A stretch of DNA of 64,000 nucleotides from Azolla caroliniana (lineage: Eukaryota; Plantae; Polypodiophyta). Made by a program: the position numbers and the translations under genes. Of this stretch, positions 36,978 through 51,300 are shown one piece after another. The stretch's first letter is position 1, and each line of letters opens with the position of its first letter. The DNA lies in the NCBI GenBank assembly GCA_043228905.1, contig JBHGNT010000066.1, positions 62,001 to 126,000 of the forward strand. Reading direction: 5' to 3'. The notes beneath the pieces were generated by a model. That model saw only the letters and a list, made by a program, of their open reading frames with translations, had not been told where the DNA came from and did not search any database.

Positions 36978-39225
36978 CTAACAACGCTAGCTATGATATG
37001 GAATTCAAAAATCAAGATTTTGAAATTCAGGTCGAGAGACATGACGAAATTACCAAATTTGAGGAGTGAGTTGAGAGGAGCCCTTGAGTAAATTAAAATG
37101 TTCATACCTGGCGAGTGTGATATCGGATTTTTGTGTACAAACATGCGAATCGAAGCTAACAACGCTAGCTATGATATGAAATTAACAAATCAAGATTTTG
37201 AAACTCAGGTCGAGAGACATGACGAAATTAGCAAACATGAGGAGGGAGTTCAGAGGAACCATTGAGTAAATTAAAATGTTCATACCTGGCTCGTGTGATA
37301 TCGGATTTTTGTGTTCAAACATGCGATTCGAAGCTAGCAACGCTAGCTATGATATGGAATTAAAAAATCAAGATTTTGAAACTCAGGTCGAGAGACATGA
37401 CGAAATTACCAAATTTGAGGAGTGAGTTGAGAGGAGGCCTTGACTCAATTAAAATGTTCATACCTGCTGAGTGTGATATCGGATTTTTGTGTACAAACAT
37501 TCGAATCGAAGCTAACAACGCTAGCTATGATATGGAATTAAAAAATCAAGATTTTGAAACTCAGGTCGAGAGACATGACGAAATTACCAAATTTGAGGAG
37601 TGAGGTTGGAAGAGCCAGTAGGTAAATTAAAATGTTCATACCTGGCGAGTGTGATATCGGATTTTTGTGTTCAAACATGCGAATCGAAGCTAACAACGCT
37701 AGCTATGATATGGAATTAACAAATCAAGATTTTGAAACTCAGGTCGAGAGACATGACGAAATTAGCAAACATGACGAGGGAGTTCAGAGGAACCATTGAG
37801 TAAATTAAAATGTTCATACCTGGCTCGTGTGATATCGGATTTTTGTGTTCAAACATGCGATTCGAAGCTAGCAACGCTAGCTATGATATAGAATTAAAAA
37901 ATCAAGATTTTGAAACTCAGGTCGAGAGACATGACGAAATTACCAAATTTGAGGAGTGAGTTGAGAGGAGCCCTTGAGTAAATTAAAATGTTCATACCTG
38001 GTGAGTGTGATATCGGATTTTTGTGTACAAACATTCGAATCGAAGCAAACAATGCTAGCTATGATATGGAATTAAAAAATCAAGATTTTGAAACTCAGGT
38101 CGAGAGACATGACGAAATTACCAAATTTGAGGAGTGAGGTTGGAAGAGCCAGTAGGTAAATTAAAATGTTCTTACCTGGCGAGTGTGATATCGGATTTTT
38201 GTGTTCAAACATGCGAATCGAAGCTAACAACGCTAGCTATGATATGGAATTAAAAAATCAAGATTTTGAAACTCAGGTCGAGAGACATGATGAAATTAGC
38301 AAACATGAGGGGTGAGTTGAGAGGAGCCCTTGAGTAAATTAAAATGTTCATACCTGGCGAGTGTGATATCGGATTTTTGTGTTCAAACATGCGAATCGAA
38401 GCTAACAACACTAGCTATGATATGGAATTCAAAAATCAAGATTTTGAAACTCAGGTCGAGAGACATGACGAAATTAGCAAACATGAGGAGGGAGTTCAGA
38501 GGAACCTTTGAGTAAATTAAAATGTTCATACCTGGCGAGTGTGATATCGGATTTTTGTGTACAAGCATGCGAGTCGAAGCTAACAACGCTAGCTATGATA
38601 TGGAATTCAAAAATCAAGATTTTGAAACTCAGGTCGAGAGACATGACGAAATTACCAAATTTGAGGAGTGAGTTGAGAGGAGCCCTTGAGTAAATTAAAA
38701 TGTTCATACCTGGCGAGTGTGATATCGGATTTTTGTGTACAAACACGCGAATCGAAGCTAACAACGCTAGCTATAATATGGAATTAACAAATCAAGATTT
38801 TGAAACTCAGGTCGAGAGACATGACGAAATTAGCAAACATGAGGATTCAGTTGAGAGGAGCCCTTGACTAAATTAAAATGTTCATACCTAGCGAGTGTGA
38901 TATCGGATTTTTGTGTACAAACATGCGATTCGAAGCTAGCAACGCTAGCTATGATATGGAATTCAAAAATCAAGATTTTGAAACTCAGGTCGAGAGACAT
39001 GACGAAATTACCAAATTTGAGGAGTGAGTTGAGAGGAGCCCTTGACTCAATTAAAATGTTCATACCTGGTGAGTGTGATATCGGATTTTTGTGTACAAAC
39101 ATTCGAATCGAAGCTAACAACGCTAGCTATGATATGGAATTAAAAAATCAAGATTTTGAAACTCAGGTCGAGAGACATGACGAAATTACCAAATTTGAGG
39201 ACTGAGGCTGGAAGAGCCATGAGGT

Positions 39226-42200
39226 AAATTAAAATGTTCATACCTGGCGAGTGTGATATCGGATTTTTGTGTTCAAACATGCGAATCGAAGCTAACAACG
39301 CTAGCTATGATATGGAATTAAAAAATCAAGATTTTGAAACTCAGGTCGAGAGACATGATGAAATTAGCAAACATGAGGGGTGAGTTGAGAGGAGCCCTTG
39401 AGTAAATTAAAATGTTCATACCTGGCGAGTGTGATATCGGATTTTTGTGTTCAAACATGCGAATCGAAGCTAACAACGCTAGCTATGATATGGAATTCAA
39501 AAATCAAGATTTTGAAACTCAGGTCGAGAGACATGACGAGAGACATGAGGAGTGAGTTGAGAGGAGCCCTTGAGTAAATTCAAATGTTCATACCTGGCGA
39601 GTGTAATATCGGATTTTTGTGTACAAGCATGCGAGTCGAAGCTAACAACGCTAGCTATGATATGGAATTCAAAAATCAAAATTTTGAAACTCAGGTCGAG
39701 AGACATGACGAAATTAGCAAACATGAGGAGTGAGTTGAGAGGAGCCCTTGAGTAAATTAAAATGTTCATACCTGGCTCGTGTGATATCGGATTTTTGTGT
39801 TCAAACATGCGATTCGAAGCTAGCAACGCTAGCTATGATATGGAATTAAAAAATCAAGATTTTGAAACTCAGGTCGAGAGACATGACGAAATTACCAAAT
39901 TTGAGGAGTGAGTTGAGAGGAGCCCTTGAGTAAATTAAAATGTTCATACCTGGTGAGTGTGATATCGGATTTTTGTGTACAAACATTCGAATCGAAGCTA
40001 ACAATGCTAGCTATGATATGGAATTAAAAAATCAAGATTTTGAAACTCAGGTCGAGAGACATGACGAAATTACCAAATTTGAGGACTAAGGCTGGAAGAG
40101 CCAGGAGGTAAATTAAAATGTTCATACCTGGCGAGTGTGATATCGGATTTTTGTGTTCAAACATGCGAATCGAAGCTAACAACGCTAGCTATGATATGGA
40201 ATTAAAAAATCAAGATTTTGAAACTCAGGTCGAGAGACATGATGAAATTAGCAAACATGAGGGGTGAGTTGAGAGGAGCCCTTGAGTAAATTAAAATGTT
40301 CATACCTGGCGAGTGTGATATCGGATTTTTGTGTTCAAACATGGGAATCGAAGCTAACAACGCTAGCTATGATATGAAATTCAAAAATCAAGATTTTGAA
40401 ACTCAGGTCGAGAGGCATGACGAAATTAGCAAACATGAGGAGGGAGTTCAGAGGAACCATTGAGTAAATTAAAATGTTCATACCTGGCTCGTGTGATATC
40501 GGATTTTTGTGTTCAAACATGCGAATCGAAGCTAACAACGCTAGCTATGATATGAAATTCAAAAATCAAGATTTTGAAAATCAGGTCGAGAGACATGATG
40601 AAATTACCAAATTTGAGGAGTGAGTTGAGAGGAACCCTTGAGTAAATTAAAATGTTCATACCTGGCTCGTGTGATATCGGATTTTTGTGTTCAAAAATCA
40701 AGATTTTGAAACTCAGGTCGAGAGACATGACGAACTTAACAAACATGAGGAGTGAGTTGAGAGGAGCCCTTGAGTAAATTAAAATGTTCATACCTAGCGA
40801 GTGTGATATCGGATTTTTGTGTTCAAACATGCGAATCGAAGCTAACAACGCTAGCTATGATATGGAATTCAAAAATCAAGATTTTGAAACTCAGGTCGAG
40901 AGACATGACGAAATTAGCAAACATGAGGAGGGAGTTTAGAGGAACCATTGAGTAAATTAAAATGTTTATACCTGGCTCGTGTGATATCGGATTTCTGTGT
41001 TCAAACATGCGATTCGAAGCTAGCAACGCTAGCTATGATATGGAATTAAAAAATCAAGATTTTGAAACTCAGGTCGAGAGACATGACGAAATTACCAAAT
41101 TTGAGGAGTAAGTTGAGAGGAGCCCTTGAGTAAATTAAAATGTTCATACCTGGTGAGTGTGATATCGGATTTTTGTGTACAAACATTCGAATCGAAGCTA
41201 ACAATGCTAGCTATGATATGGAATTAAAAAATCAAGATTTTGAAACTCAGGTCGAGAGACATGACGAAATTACCAAATTTGAGGAGTGAGGTTGGAAGAG
41301 CCAGTAGGTAAATTAAAATGTTCATACCTGGCGAGTGTGATATCGGATTTTGGTGTTCAAACATGCGAATCGAAGCTAACAACGCTAGCTATGATATGGA
41401 ATTAAAAAATCAAGATTTTGAAACTCAGGTCGAGAGACATGATGAAATTAGCAAACATGAGGGGTAAGTTGAGAGGAGCCCTTGAGTAAATTAAAATGTT
41501 CATACCTGGCGAGTGTGATATCGGATTTTTGTGTTCAAACATGCGAATCGAAGCTAACAACACTAGCTATGATATGGAATTCAAAAATCAAGATTTTGAA
41601 ACTCAGGTCGAGAGACATGACGAAATTAGCAAACATGAGGAGGGAGTTCAGAGGAACCTTTGAGTAAATTAAAATGTTCATACCTGGCGAGTGTGATATC
41701 GGATTTTTGTGTACAAGCATGCGAGTCGAAGCTAACAACGCTAGCTATGATATGGAATTCAAAAATCAAGATTTTGAAACTCAGGTCGAGAGACATGACG
41801 AAATTACCAAATTTGAGGAGTGAGTTGAGAGGAGCCCTTGAGTAAATTAAAATGTTCATACCTGGCGAGTGTGATATCTGATTTTTGTGTACAAACACGC
41901 GAATCGAAGCTAACAACGCTAGCTATGATATGGAGTTAACAAATCAAGATTTTGAAACTCAGGTCGAGAGACATGACGAAATTAGCAAACATGAGGATTC
42001 AGTTGAGAGGAGCCCTTCACTAAATTAAAATGTTCATACCTAGCGAGTGTGATATCGGATTTTTGTGTACAAACATGCGATTCGAAGCTAGCAACGCTAG
42101 CTATGATATGGAATTCAAAAATCAAGATTTTGAAACTCAGGTCGAGAGACATGACGAAATTACCAAATTTGAGGAGTGAGTTGAGAGGAGCCCTTGACTC

Positions 42201-43243
42201 AATTAAAATGTTCATAACTGGTGAGTGTGATATCGGATTTTTGTGTACAAACATTCGAATCGAAGCTAACAACGCTAGCTATGATATGGAATTAAAAAAT
42301 CAAGATTTTGAAACTCAGGTCGAGAGACATGACGAAATTACCAAATTTGAGGACTAAGGCTGGAAGAGCCAGGAGGTAAATTAAAATGTTCATACCTGGC
42401 GAGTGTGATATCGGATTTTTGTGTTCAAACATGCGAATCGAAGCTAACAACGCTAGCTATGATATGGAATTAAAAAATCAAGATTTTGAAACTCAGGTCG
42501 AGAGACATGATGAAATTAGCAAACATGAGGGGTGAGTTGAGAGGAGCCCTTGAGTAAATTAAAATGTTCATACCTGGCGAGTGTGATATCGGATTTTTGT
42601 GTTCAAACATGCGAATCGAAGCTAACAACGCTAGCTATGATATGGAATTCAAAAATCAAGATTTTGAAACTCAGGTCGAGAGAGATGACGAAATTAGCAA
42701 ACATGAGGAGGGAGTTTAGAGGAACCTTTGAGTAAATGAAAATGTTCATACCTGGCTCGTGTGATATCGGATTTTTGTGTTCAAACATGCGAATCGAAGC
42801 TAACAACGCTACCTATGATATGGAATTAACAAATCAAGATTTTGAAACTCAGGTCGAGAGACATGACGAACTTAGCAAACATGAGGAGTGAGTTGAGAGG
42901 AGCCCTTGAGTAAATTAAAATGTTCATACCTAGCGAGTGTGATATCGGATTTCTGTGTTCAAACATGCGAATCGAAGCTAACAACGCTAGCTATGATATG
43001 GAATTCAAAAATCAAGATTTTGAAACTCAGGTCGAGAGACATGACGAAATTACCAAATTTGAGGAGTGAGTTGAGAGGAGCCCTTGAGTAAATTAAAATG
43101 TTCATACCTGGCGAGTGTGATATCGGATTTTTGTGTACAAACATGCGAACCGAAGCTAACAACGCTAGCTATGATATGAAATTAACAAATCAAGATTTTG
43201 AAACTCAGGTCGAGAGACATGACGAAATTAGCAAACATGAGGA
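39226..43243 (+). repeat. Satellite block X, partial copy 3
   Basis: It matches about 33358-37243 at offset 5868 (ORFs 33629/39497, 34467/40335), then at offset 6000 (34770/40770, 36550/42550) after a 132-bp insertion. Confidence 0.88.
40596..40727 (+). other. 132-bp monomer (46-bp deletion with TTCAAA microhomology)
   Basis: The junction reads TTTGTG-TTCAAA-AATCAAG at 40690-40695. TTCAAA occurs at monomer positions 96-101 and 142-147 (C allele). Confidence 0.92.
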
Positions 43244-43574
43244 TTCAGTTGAGAGGAGCCCTTGACTAAATTAAAATGTTCATACCTAGCGAGTGTGATA
43301 TCGGATTTCTGTGTTCAAACATGCGAATCGAAGCTAACAACGCTAGCGATGATATGGAATTCAAAAATCAAGATTTTGAAACTCAGGTCGAGAGACATGA
43401 CGAAATTAGCAAACATGAGGAGGGACTTCAGAGGAACCTTTGAGTAAATGAAAATGTTCATACCTGGCTCGTGTGATATCGGATTTTTGTGTTCAAACAT
43501 GCGAATCGAAGCTAACAACGCTAGCTATGATATGAAATTAACAAATCAAGATTTTGAAACTCAGGTCGAGAGAC

Positions 43575-44558
43575 ATGATGAAATTAGCAAACTTGAGGAG
43601 TGAGTTGAGAGGAGCCCTTCAGTAAATTAAAATGTTCATACATGGCTCGTGTGATATCGGATTTTTGTGTACAAACATGCGAATCGAAGCTAACAACGCT
43701 AGCTATGATATGGAATTAAAAAATCAAGATTTTGAAACTCAGGACGAGAGACATGACGAAATTAGCAAACATGAGGAGGGAGTTCAGAGGAAGCATTGAG
43801 TAAATTAAAATGTTCATACCTGGCTCGTGTGATATCGGATTTTTTTGTACAAACATGCGAATCGAAGCTAACAACGCTAGCTATGATATGGAATTAAAAA
43901 ATCAAGATTTTGAAACTCAGGTCGAGAGACATGACGAAATTACAAAATTTGAGGAGTGAGGTTGGAAGAGCTAGTAGGTAAATTAAAATGTTCATACCTA
44001 GCGAGTGTGATATCGGATTTTTGTGTACAAACATGCGAATCGAAGCTAACAACGCTACCTATGATATAGAATTAAAAAATCAAGATTTTGAAAGTCAGGT
44101 CGAGAGACATGACGAAATTAGCAAACATGAGGAGTGAGTTGGAAGAGCTAGTAGGTAAATTAAAATGTTCATACCTGGCGAGTGTGATATCGGATTTTTG
44201 TGTTCAAACATGCGAATCGAAGCTAACAACGCTAGCTATGATATGGAATTCAAAAATCAAGATTTTGAAACTCAGGTCGAGAGACATGACGAAATTAGCA
44301 AACATGAGGAGTGAGTTGGAAGAGCTAGTAGGTAAATTAAAATGTTCATACCTAGCGAGTGTGATATCGGATTTTTGTGTACAAACATGCGAATCGAAGC
44401 TAACAACGCTACCTATGATATAGAATTAAAAAATCAAGATTTTGAAAGTCAGGTCGAGAGACATGTCGAAATTAGCAAACATGAGGAGTGAGTTGGAAGA
44501 GCTAGTAGGTAAATTAAAATGTTCATACCTGGCGAGTGTGATATCGGATTTTTGTGTT
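43575..44558 (+). repeat. About 5.5-monomer patch matching 13682-14665
   Basis: The identical 111-aa chance ORF lies at 14195 and 44088 (offset 29893). The allele order CCCTTCAGTA, CAGGACGAG, GAAGCATTG, TTACAAAATTT, GAAAGTCAGG is shared. Confidence 0.88.
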
Positions 44559-47500
44559 GAAACATGCGAATCGAAGCTAACAACGCTAGCTATGATATGG
44601 AATTAAAAAATCAAGATTTTGAAACTCAGGTCAAGAGACATGACGAAATTAGCAAACATGAGGAAGGAGTTGAGAGGAACCATTGAGTAAATTAAAATGT
44701 TCATACCTGGCGAGTGTGATATCGGATGTTTGTGTTCAAACATGAGAATCGAAGCTAACAACGCTAGCTATGATATGGAATTAACAAATCAAGATTTTGA
44801 AACTCAGGTCGAGAGACATCACGAAATTACCAAATTTGAGGAGTGAGTTGAGAGGAGCCCTTGACTAAATTAAAATGTTCATACCTCGCGAGTGTGATAT
44901 CGGATTTTTGTGTACAAATATTGTGAATCGAAGGTAACAACGATAGCTATGATATGGAATTAAAAAATCAAGATTTTGAAACTCAGGTCGAGAGACATGA
45001 CGAAATTACCAAATTTGAGGAGTGAGTTGAGAGGAGCCCTTGACTAAATTAAAATGTTCATACCTGGTGAGTGTGATATCGGATTTTTGTGTACAAACAT
45101 GCGAATCGAAGCTAACAACGCTAGCTATGATATGGAATTAACAAATCAAGATTTTGAAACTCAGGTCGAGAGACATGACGAACTTAGCAAACATGAGGAG
45201 TGAGTTGAGAGGAGCCCTTGAGTAAATTAAAATGTTCATACCTAGCGAGTGTGATATCGGATTTCTGTGTTCAAACATGCGAATCGAAGCTAACAACGCT
45301 AGCTATGATATGGAATTCAAAAATCAAGATTTTGAAACTCAGGTCGAGAGACATGACGAAATTACCAAATTTGAGGAGTGAGTTGAGAGGAGCCCTTGAG
45401 TAAATTAAAATGTTCATACCTGGCGAGTGTGATATCGGATTTTTGTGTACAAACATGCGAATCGAAGCTAACAACGCTAGCTATGATATGAAATTAACAA
45501 ATCAAGATTTTGAAACTCAGGTCGAGAGACATGACGAAATTAGCAAACATGAGGATTCTGTTGAGAGGAGCCCTTGACTAAATTAAAATGTTCATACCTA
45601 GCGAGTGTGATATCGGATTTCTGTGTTCAAACATGCGAATCGAAGCTAACAACGCTAGCGATAATATGGAATTCAAAAATCAAGATTTTGAAACTCAGGT
45701 CGAGAGACATGACGAAATTAGCAAACATGAGGAGGGACTTCAGAGGAACCTTTGAGTAAATGAAAATGTTCATACCTGGCTCGTGTGATATCGGATTTTT
45801 GTGTTCAAACATGCGAATCGAAGCTAACAACGCTAGCTATGATATGGAATTAACAAATCAAGATTTTGAAACTCAGGTCGAGAGACATGACGAACTTAGC
45901 AAACATGAGGAGTGAGTTGAGAGGAGCCCTTGAGTAAATTAAAATGTTCATACCTAGCGAGTGTGATATCGGATTTCTGTGTTCAAACATGCGAATCGAA
46001 GCTAACAACGCTAGCTATGATATGGAATTAAAAAATCAAGATTTTGAAACTCAGGTCGAGAGACATGACGAAATTACCAAATTTGAGGAGTGAGTTGAGA
46101 GGAGCCCTTGAGTAAATTAAAATGTTCATACCTGGCGAGTGTGATATCGGATTTTTGTGTTGAAACATGCGAATCGAAGCTAACAACGCTAGCTATGATA
46201 TGGAATTAAAAAATCAAGATTTTGAAACTCAGGTCAAGAGACATGACGAAATTAGCAAACATGAGGAAGGAGTTGAGAGGAACCATTGAGTAAATTAAAA
46301 TGTTCATACCTGGCGAGTGTGATATCGGATGTTTGTGTTCAAACATGAGAATCGAAGCTAACAACGCTAGCTATGATATGGAATTAACAAATCAAGATTT
46401 TGAAACTCAGGTCGAGAGACATCACGAAATTACCAAATTTGAGGAGTGAGTTGAGAGGAGCCCTTGACTAAATTAAAATGTTCATACCTCGCGAGTGTGA
46501 TATCGGATTTTTGTGTACAAATATTGTGAATCGAAGGTAACAACGATAGCTATGATATGGAATTAAAAAATCAAGATTTTGAAACTCAGGTCGAGAGACA
46601 TGACGAAATTACCAAATTTGAGGAGTGAGTTGAGAGGAGCCCTTGACTAAATTAAAATGTTCATACCTGGTGAGTGTGATATCGGATTTTTGTGTACAAA
46701 CATGCGAATCGAAGCTAACAACGCTAGCTATGATATGGAATTAACAAATCAAGATTTTGAAACTCAGGTCGAGAGACATGACGAACTTAGCAAACATGAG
46801 GAGTGAGTTGAGAGGAGCCCTTGAGTAAATTAAAATGTTCATACCTAGCGAGTGTGATATCGGATTTCTGTGTTCAAACATGCGAATCGAAGCTAACAAC
46901 GCTAGCTATGATATGGAATTCAAAAATCAAGATTTTGAAACTCAGGTCGAGAGACATGACGAAATTACCAAATTTGAGGAGTGAGTTGAGAGGAGCCCTT
47001 GAGTAAATTAAAATGTTCATACCTGGCGAGTGTGATATCGGATTTTTGTGTACAAACATGCGAATCGAAGCTAACAACGCTAGCTATGATATCAAATTAA
47101 CAAATCAAGATTTTGAAACTCAGGTCGAGAGACATGACGAAATTAGCAAACATGAGGATTCAGTTGAGAGGAGCCCTTGACTAAATTAAAATGTTCATAC
47201 CTAGCGAGTGTGATATCGGATTTCTGTGTTCAAACATGCGAATCGAAGCTAACAACGCTAGCGATAATATGGAATTCAAAAATCAAGATTTTGAAACTCA
47301 GGTCGAGAGACATGACGAAATTAGCAAACATGAGGAGGGACTTCAGAGGAACCTTTGAGTAAATGAAAATGTTCATACCTGGCTCGTGTGATATCGGATT
47401 TTTGTGTTCAAACATGCGAATCGAAGCTAACAACGCTAGCTATGATATGGAATTAACAAATCAAGATTTTGAAACTCAGGTCGAGAGACATGACGAACTT

Positions 47501-48388
47501 AGCAAACATGAGGAGTGAGTTGAGAGGAGCCCTTGAGTAAATTAAAATGTTCATACCTAGCGAGTGTGATATCGGATTTCTGTGTTCAAACATGCGAATC
47601 GAAGCTAACAACGCTAGCTATGATATGGAATTAAAAAATCAAGATTTTGAAACTCAGGTCGAGAGACATGACGAAATTACCAAATTTGAGGAGTGAGTTG
47701 AGAGGAGCCCTTGAGTAAATTAAAATGTTCATACCTGGCGAGTGTGATATCGGATTTTTGTGTTGAAACATGCGAATCGAAGCTAACAACGCTAGCTATG
47801 ATATGGAATTAAAAAATCAAGATTTTGAAACTCAGGTCAAGAGACATGACGAAATTAGCAAACATGAGGAAGGAGTTGAGAGGAACCATTGAGTAAATTA
47901 AAATGTTCATACCTGGCGAGTGTGATATCGGATGTTTGTGTTCAAACATGAGAATCGAAGCTAACAACGCTAGCTATGATATGGAATTAACAAATCAAGA
48001 TTTTGAAACTCAGGTCGAGAGACATCACGAAATTACCAAATTTGAGGAGTGAGTTGAGAGGAGCCCTTGACTAAATTAAAATGTTCATACCTCGCGAGTG
48101 TGATATCGGATTTTTGTGTACAAATATTGTGAATCGAAGGTAACAACGATAGCTATGATATGGAATTAAAAAATCAAGATTTTGAAACTCAGGTCGAGAG
48201 ACATGACGAAATTACCAAATTTGAGGAGTGAGTTGAGAGGAGCCCTTGACTAAATTAAAATGTTCATACCTGGTGAGTGTGATATCGGATTTTTGTGTAC
48301 AAACATGCGAATCGAAGCTAACAACGCTAGCTATGATATGGAATTAACAAATCAAGATTTTGAAACTCAGGTCGAGAGACATGACGAA
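44510..48388 (+). repeat. 9-monomer HOR, period 1603 bp (9x178+1), about 2.4 copies, followed by truncated derivatives to about 51.4 kb
   Basis: ORFs 45218/46821 and 45574/47177 are offset by 1603. The 179-bp marker monomer AAATATTGTGAATC lies near 44920, 46523 and 48126, then at +713, +891 and +1603. Confidence 0.88.
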
Positions 48389-51300
48389 ATTAGCAAACAT
48401 GAGGAGGGAGTTCAGAGGAAGCATTGAGTAAATTAAAATGTTCATACCTGGCTCGTGTGATATCGGATTTTTGTGTTCCAACATGCGAATCGAAGCTAAC
48501 AATGCTAGCTATGATATGGAATTCAAAAATCAAGATTTTGAAACTCAGGTCGAGAGACATGACCAAATTAGCAAACATGAGGAGTGAGTTGAGAGGAGCC
48601 CTTGAGTAAATTAAAATGTTCATACCTGGCGAGTGTGATATCGGATGTTTGTGTTCAAACATGAGAATCGAAGCTAACAACGCTAGCTATGATATGGAAT
48701 TAACAAATCAAGATTTTGAAACTCAGGTCGAGAGACATCACGAAATTACCAAATTTGAGGAGTGAGTTGAGAGGAGCCCTTGACTAAATTAAAATGTTCA
48801 TACCTCGCGAGTGTGATATCGGATTTTTGTGTACAAATATTGTGAATCGAAGGTAACAACGATAGCTATGATATGGAATTAAAAAATCAAGATTTTGAAA
48901 CTCAGGTCGAGAGACATGACGAAATTACCAAATTTGAGGAGTGAGTTGAGAGGAGCCCTTGACTAAATTAAAATGTTCATACCTGGTGAGTGTGATATCG
49001 GATTTTTGTGTACAAACATGCGAATCGAAGCTAACAACGCTAGCTATGATATGGAATTAACAAATCAAGATTTTGAAACTCAGGTCGAGAGACATGACGA
49101 ACTTAGCAAACATGAGGAGTGAGTTGAGAGGAGCCCTTGAGTAAATTAAAATGTTCATACCTAGCGAGTGTGATATCGGATTTCTGTGTTCAAACATGCG
49201 AATCGAAGCTAACAACGCTAGCTATGATATGGAATTCAAAAATCAAGATTTTGAAACTCAGGTCGAGAGACATGACGAAATTACCAAATTTGAGGAGTGA
49301 GTTGAGAGGAGCCCTTGAGTAAATTAAAATGTTCATACCTGGCGAGTGTGATATCGGATTTTTGTGTTGAAACATGCGAATCGAAGCTAACAACGCTAGC
49401 TATGATATGGAATTAAAAAATCAAGATTTTGAAACTCAGGTCAAGAGACATGACGAAATTAGCAAACATGAGGAAGGAGTTGAGAGGAACCATTGAGTAA
49501 ATTAAAATGTTCATACCTGGCGAGTGTGCTATCGGATGTTTGTGTTCAAACATGAGAATCGAAGCTAACAACGCTAGCTATGATATGGAATTAACAAATC
49601 AAGATTTTGAAACTCAGGTCGAGAGACATCACGAAATTACCAAATTTGAGGAGTGAGTTGAGAGGAGCCCTTGACTAAATTAAAATGTTCATACCTCGCG
49701 AGTGTGATATCGGATTTTTGTGTACAAATATTGTGAATCGAAGGTAACAACGATAGCTATGATATGGAATTAAAAAATCAAGATTTTGAAACTCAGGTCG
49801 AGAGACATGACGAAATTACCAAATTTGAGGAGTGAGTTGAGAGGAGCCCTTGACTAAATTAAAATGTTCATACCTGGTGAGTGTGATATCGGATTTTTGT
49901 GTACAAACATGCGAATCGAAGCTAACAACGCTAGCTATGATATGGAATTAACAAATCAAGATTTTGAAACTCAGGTCGAGAGACATGACGAACTTAGCAA
50001 ACATGAGGAGTGAGTTGAGAGGAGCCCTTGAGTAAATTAAAATGTTCATACCTAGCGAGTGTGATATCGGATTTCTGTGTTCAAACATGCGAATCGAAGC
50101 TAACAACGCTAGCTATGATATGGAATTAAAAAATCAAGATTTTGAAACTCAGGTCGAGAGACATGATGAAATTAGCAAACATGAGGGGTGAGTTGAGAGG
50201 AGCCCTTGAGTAAATTAAAATGTTCATACCTGGCGAGTGTGATATCGGATTTTTGTGTTCAAACATGCGAATCGAAGCTAACAACGCTAGCTATGATATG
50301 GAATTCAAAAATCAAGATTTTGAAACTCAGGTCGAGAGAGATGACGAAATTAGCAAACATGAGGAGGGAGTTCAGAGGAACCTTTGAGTAAATGAAAATG
50401 TTCATACCTGGCTCGTGTGATATCGGATTTTTGTGTTCAAACATGCGAATCGAAGCTTAAAACGCTACCTATGATATGGAATTAACAAATCAAGATTTTG
50501 AAACACAGGTCGAGAGACATGACGAACTTAGCAAACATGAGGAGTGAGTTGAGAGGAGCCCTTGAGTAAATTAAAATGTTCATACCTAGCGAGTGTGATA
50601 TCGGATTTCTGTGTTCAAACATGCGAATCGAAGCTAACAACGCTAGCTATGATATGGAATTCAAAAATCAAGATTTTGAAACTCAGGTCGAGAGACATGA
50701 CGAAATTACCAAATTTGAGGAGTGAGTTGAGAGGAGCCCTTGAGTAAATTAAAATGTTCATACCTGGCGAGTGTGATATCGGATTTTTGTGTACAAACAT
50801 GCGAATCGAAGCTAACAACGCTAGCTATGATATGAAATTAACAAATCAAGATTTTGAAACTCAGGTCGAGAGACATGACGAAATTAGCAAACATGAGGAT
50901 TCAGTTGAGAGGAGCCCTTGACTAAATTAAAATGTTCATACCTAGCGAGTGTGATATCGGATTTTTGTGTACAAACATGCGATTCGAAGCTAGCAACGCT
51001 AGCTATGATATGGAATTAAAAAATCAAGATTTTGAAACTCAGGTCGAGAGACATGACAAACTTAGCAAACATGAGGAGTGAGTTGAGAGGAGCCCTTGAG
51101 TAAATTAAAATGTTCATACCTAGCGAGTGTGATATCGGATTTCTGTGTTCAAATATGCGAATCGAAGCTAACAACGCTAGCTATGATATGGAATTCAAAA
51201 ATCAAGATTTTGAAACTCAGGTCGAGAGACATCACGAAATTACCAAATTTGAGGAGTGAGTTGAGAGGAGCCCTTGACTAAATTAAAATGTTCATACCTC

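Noticed and set aside
40728-43243. Exactly 6000-bp offset as a sign of an artificial or assembly duplication
   Set aside because: It is fully explained as 34x178-6-46, and the copies differ by several SNPs, so the round number is a coincidence.
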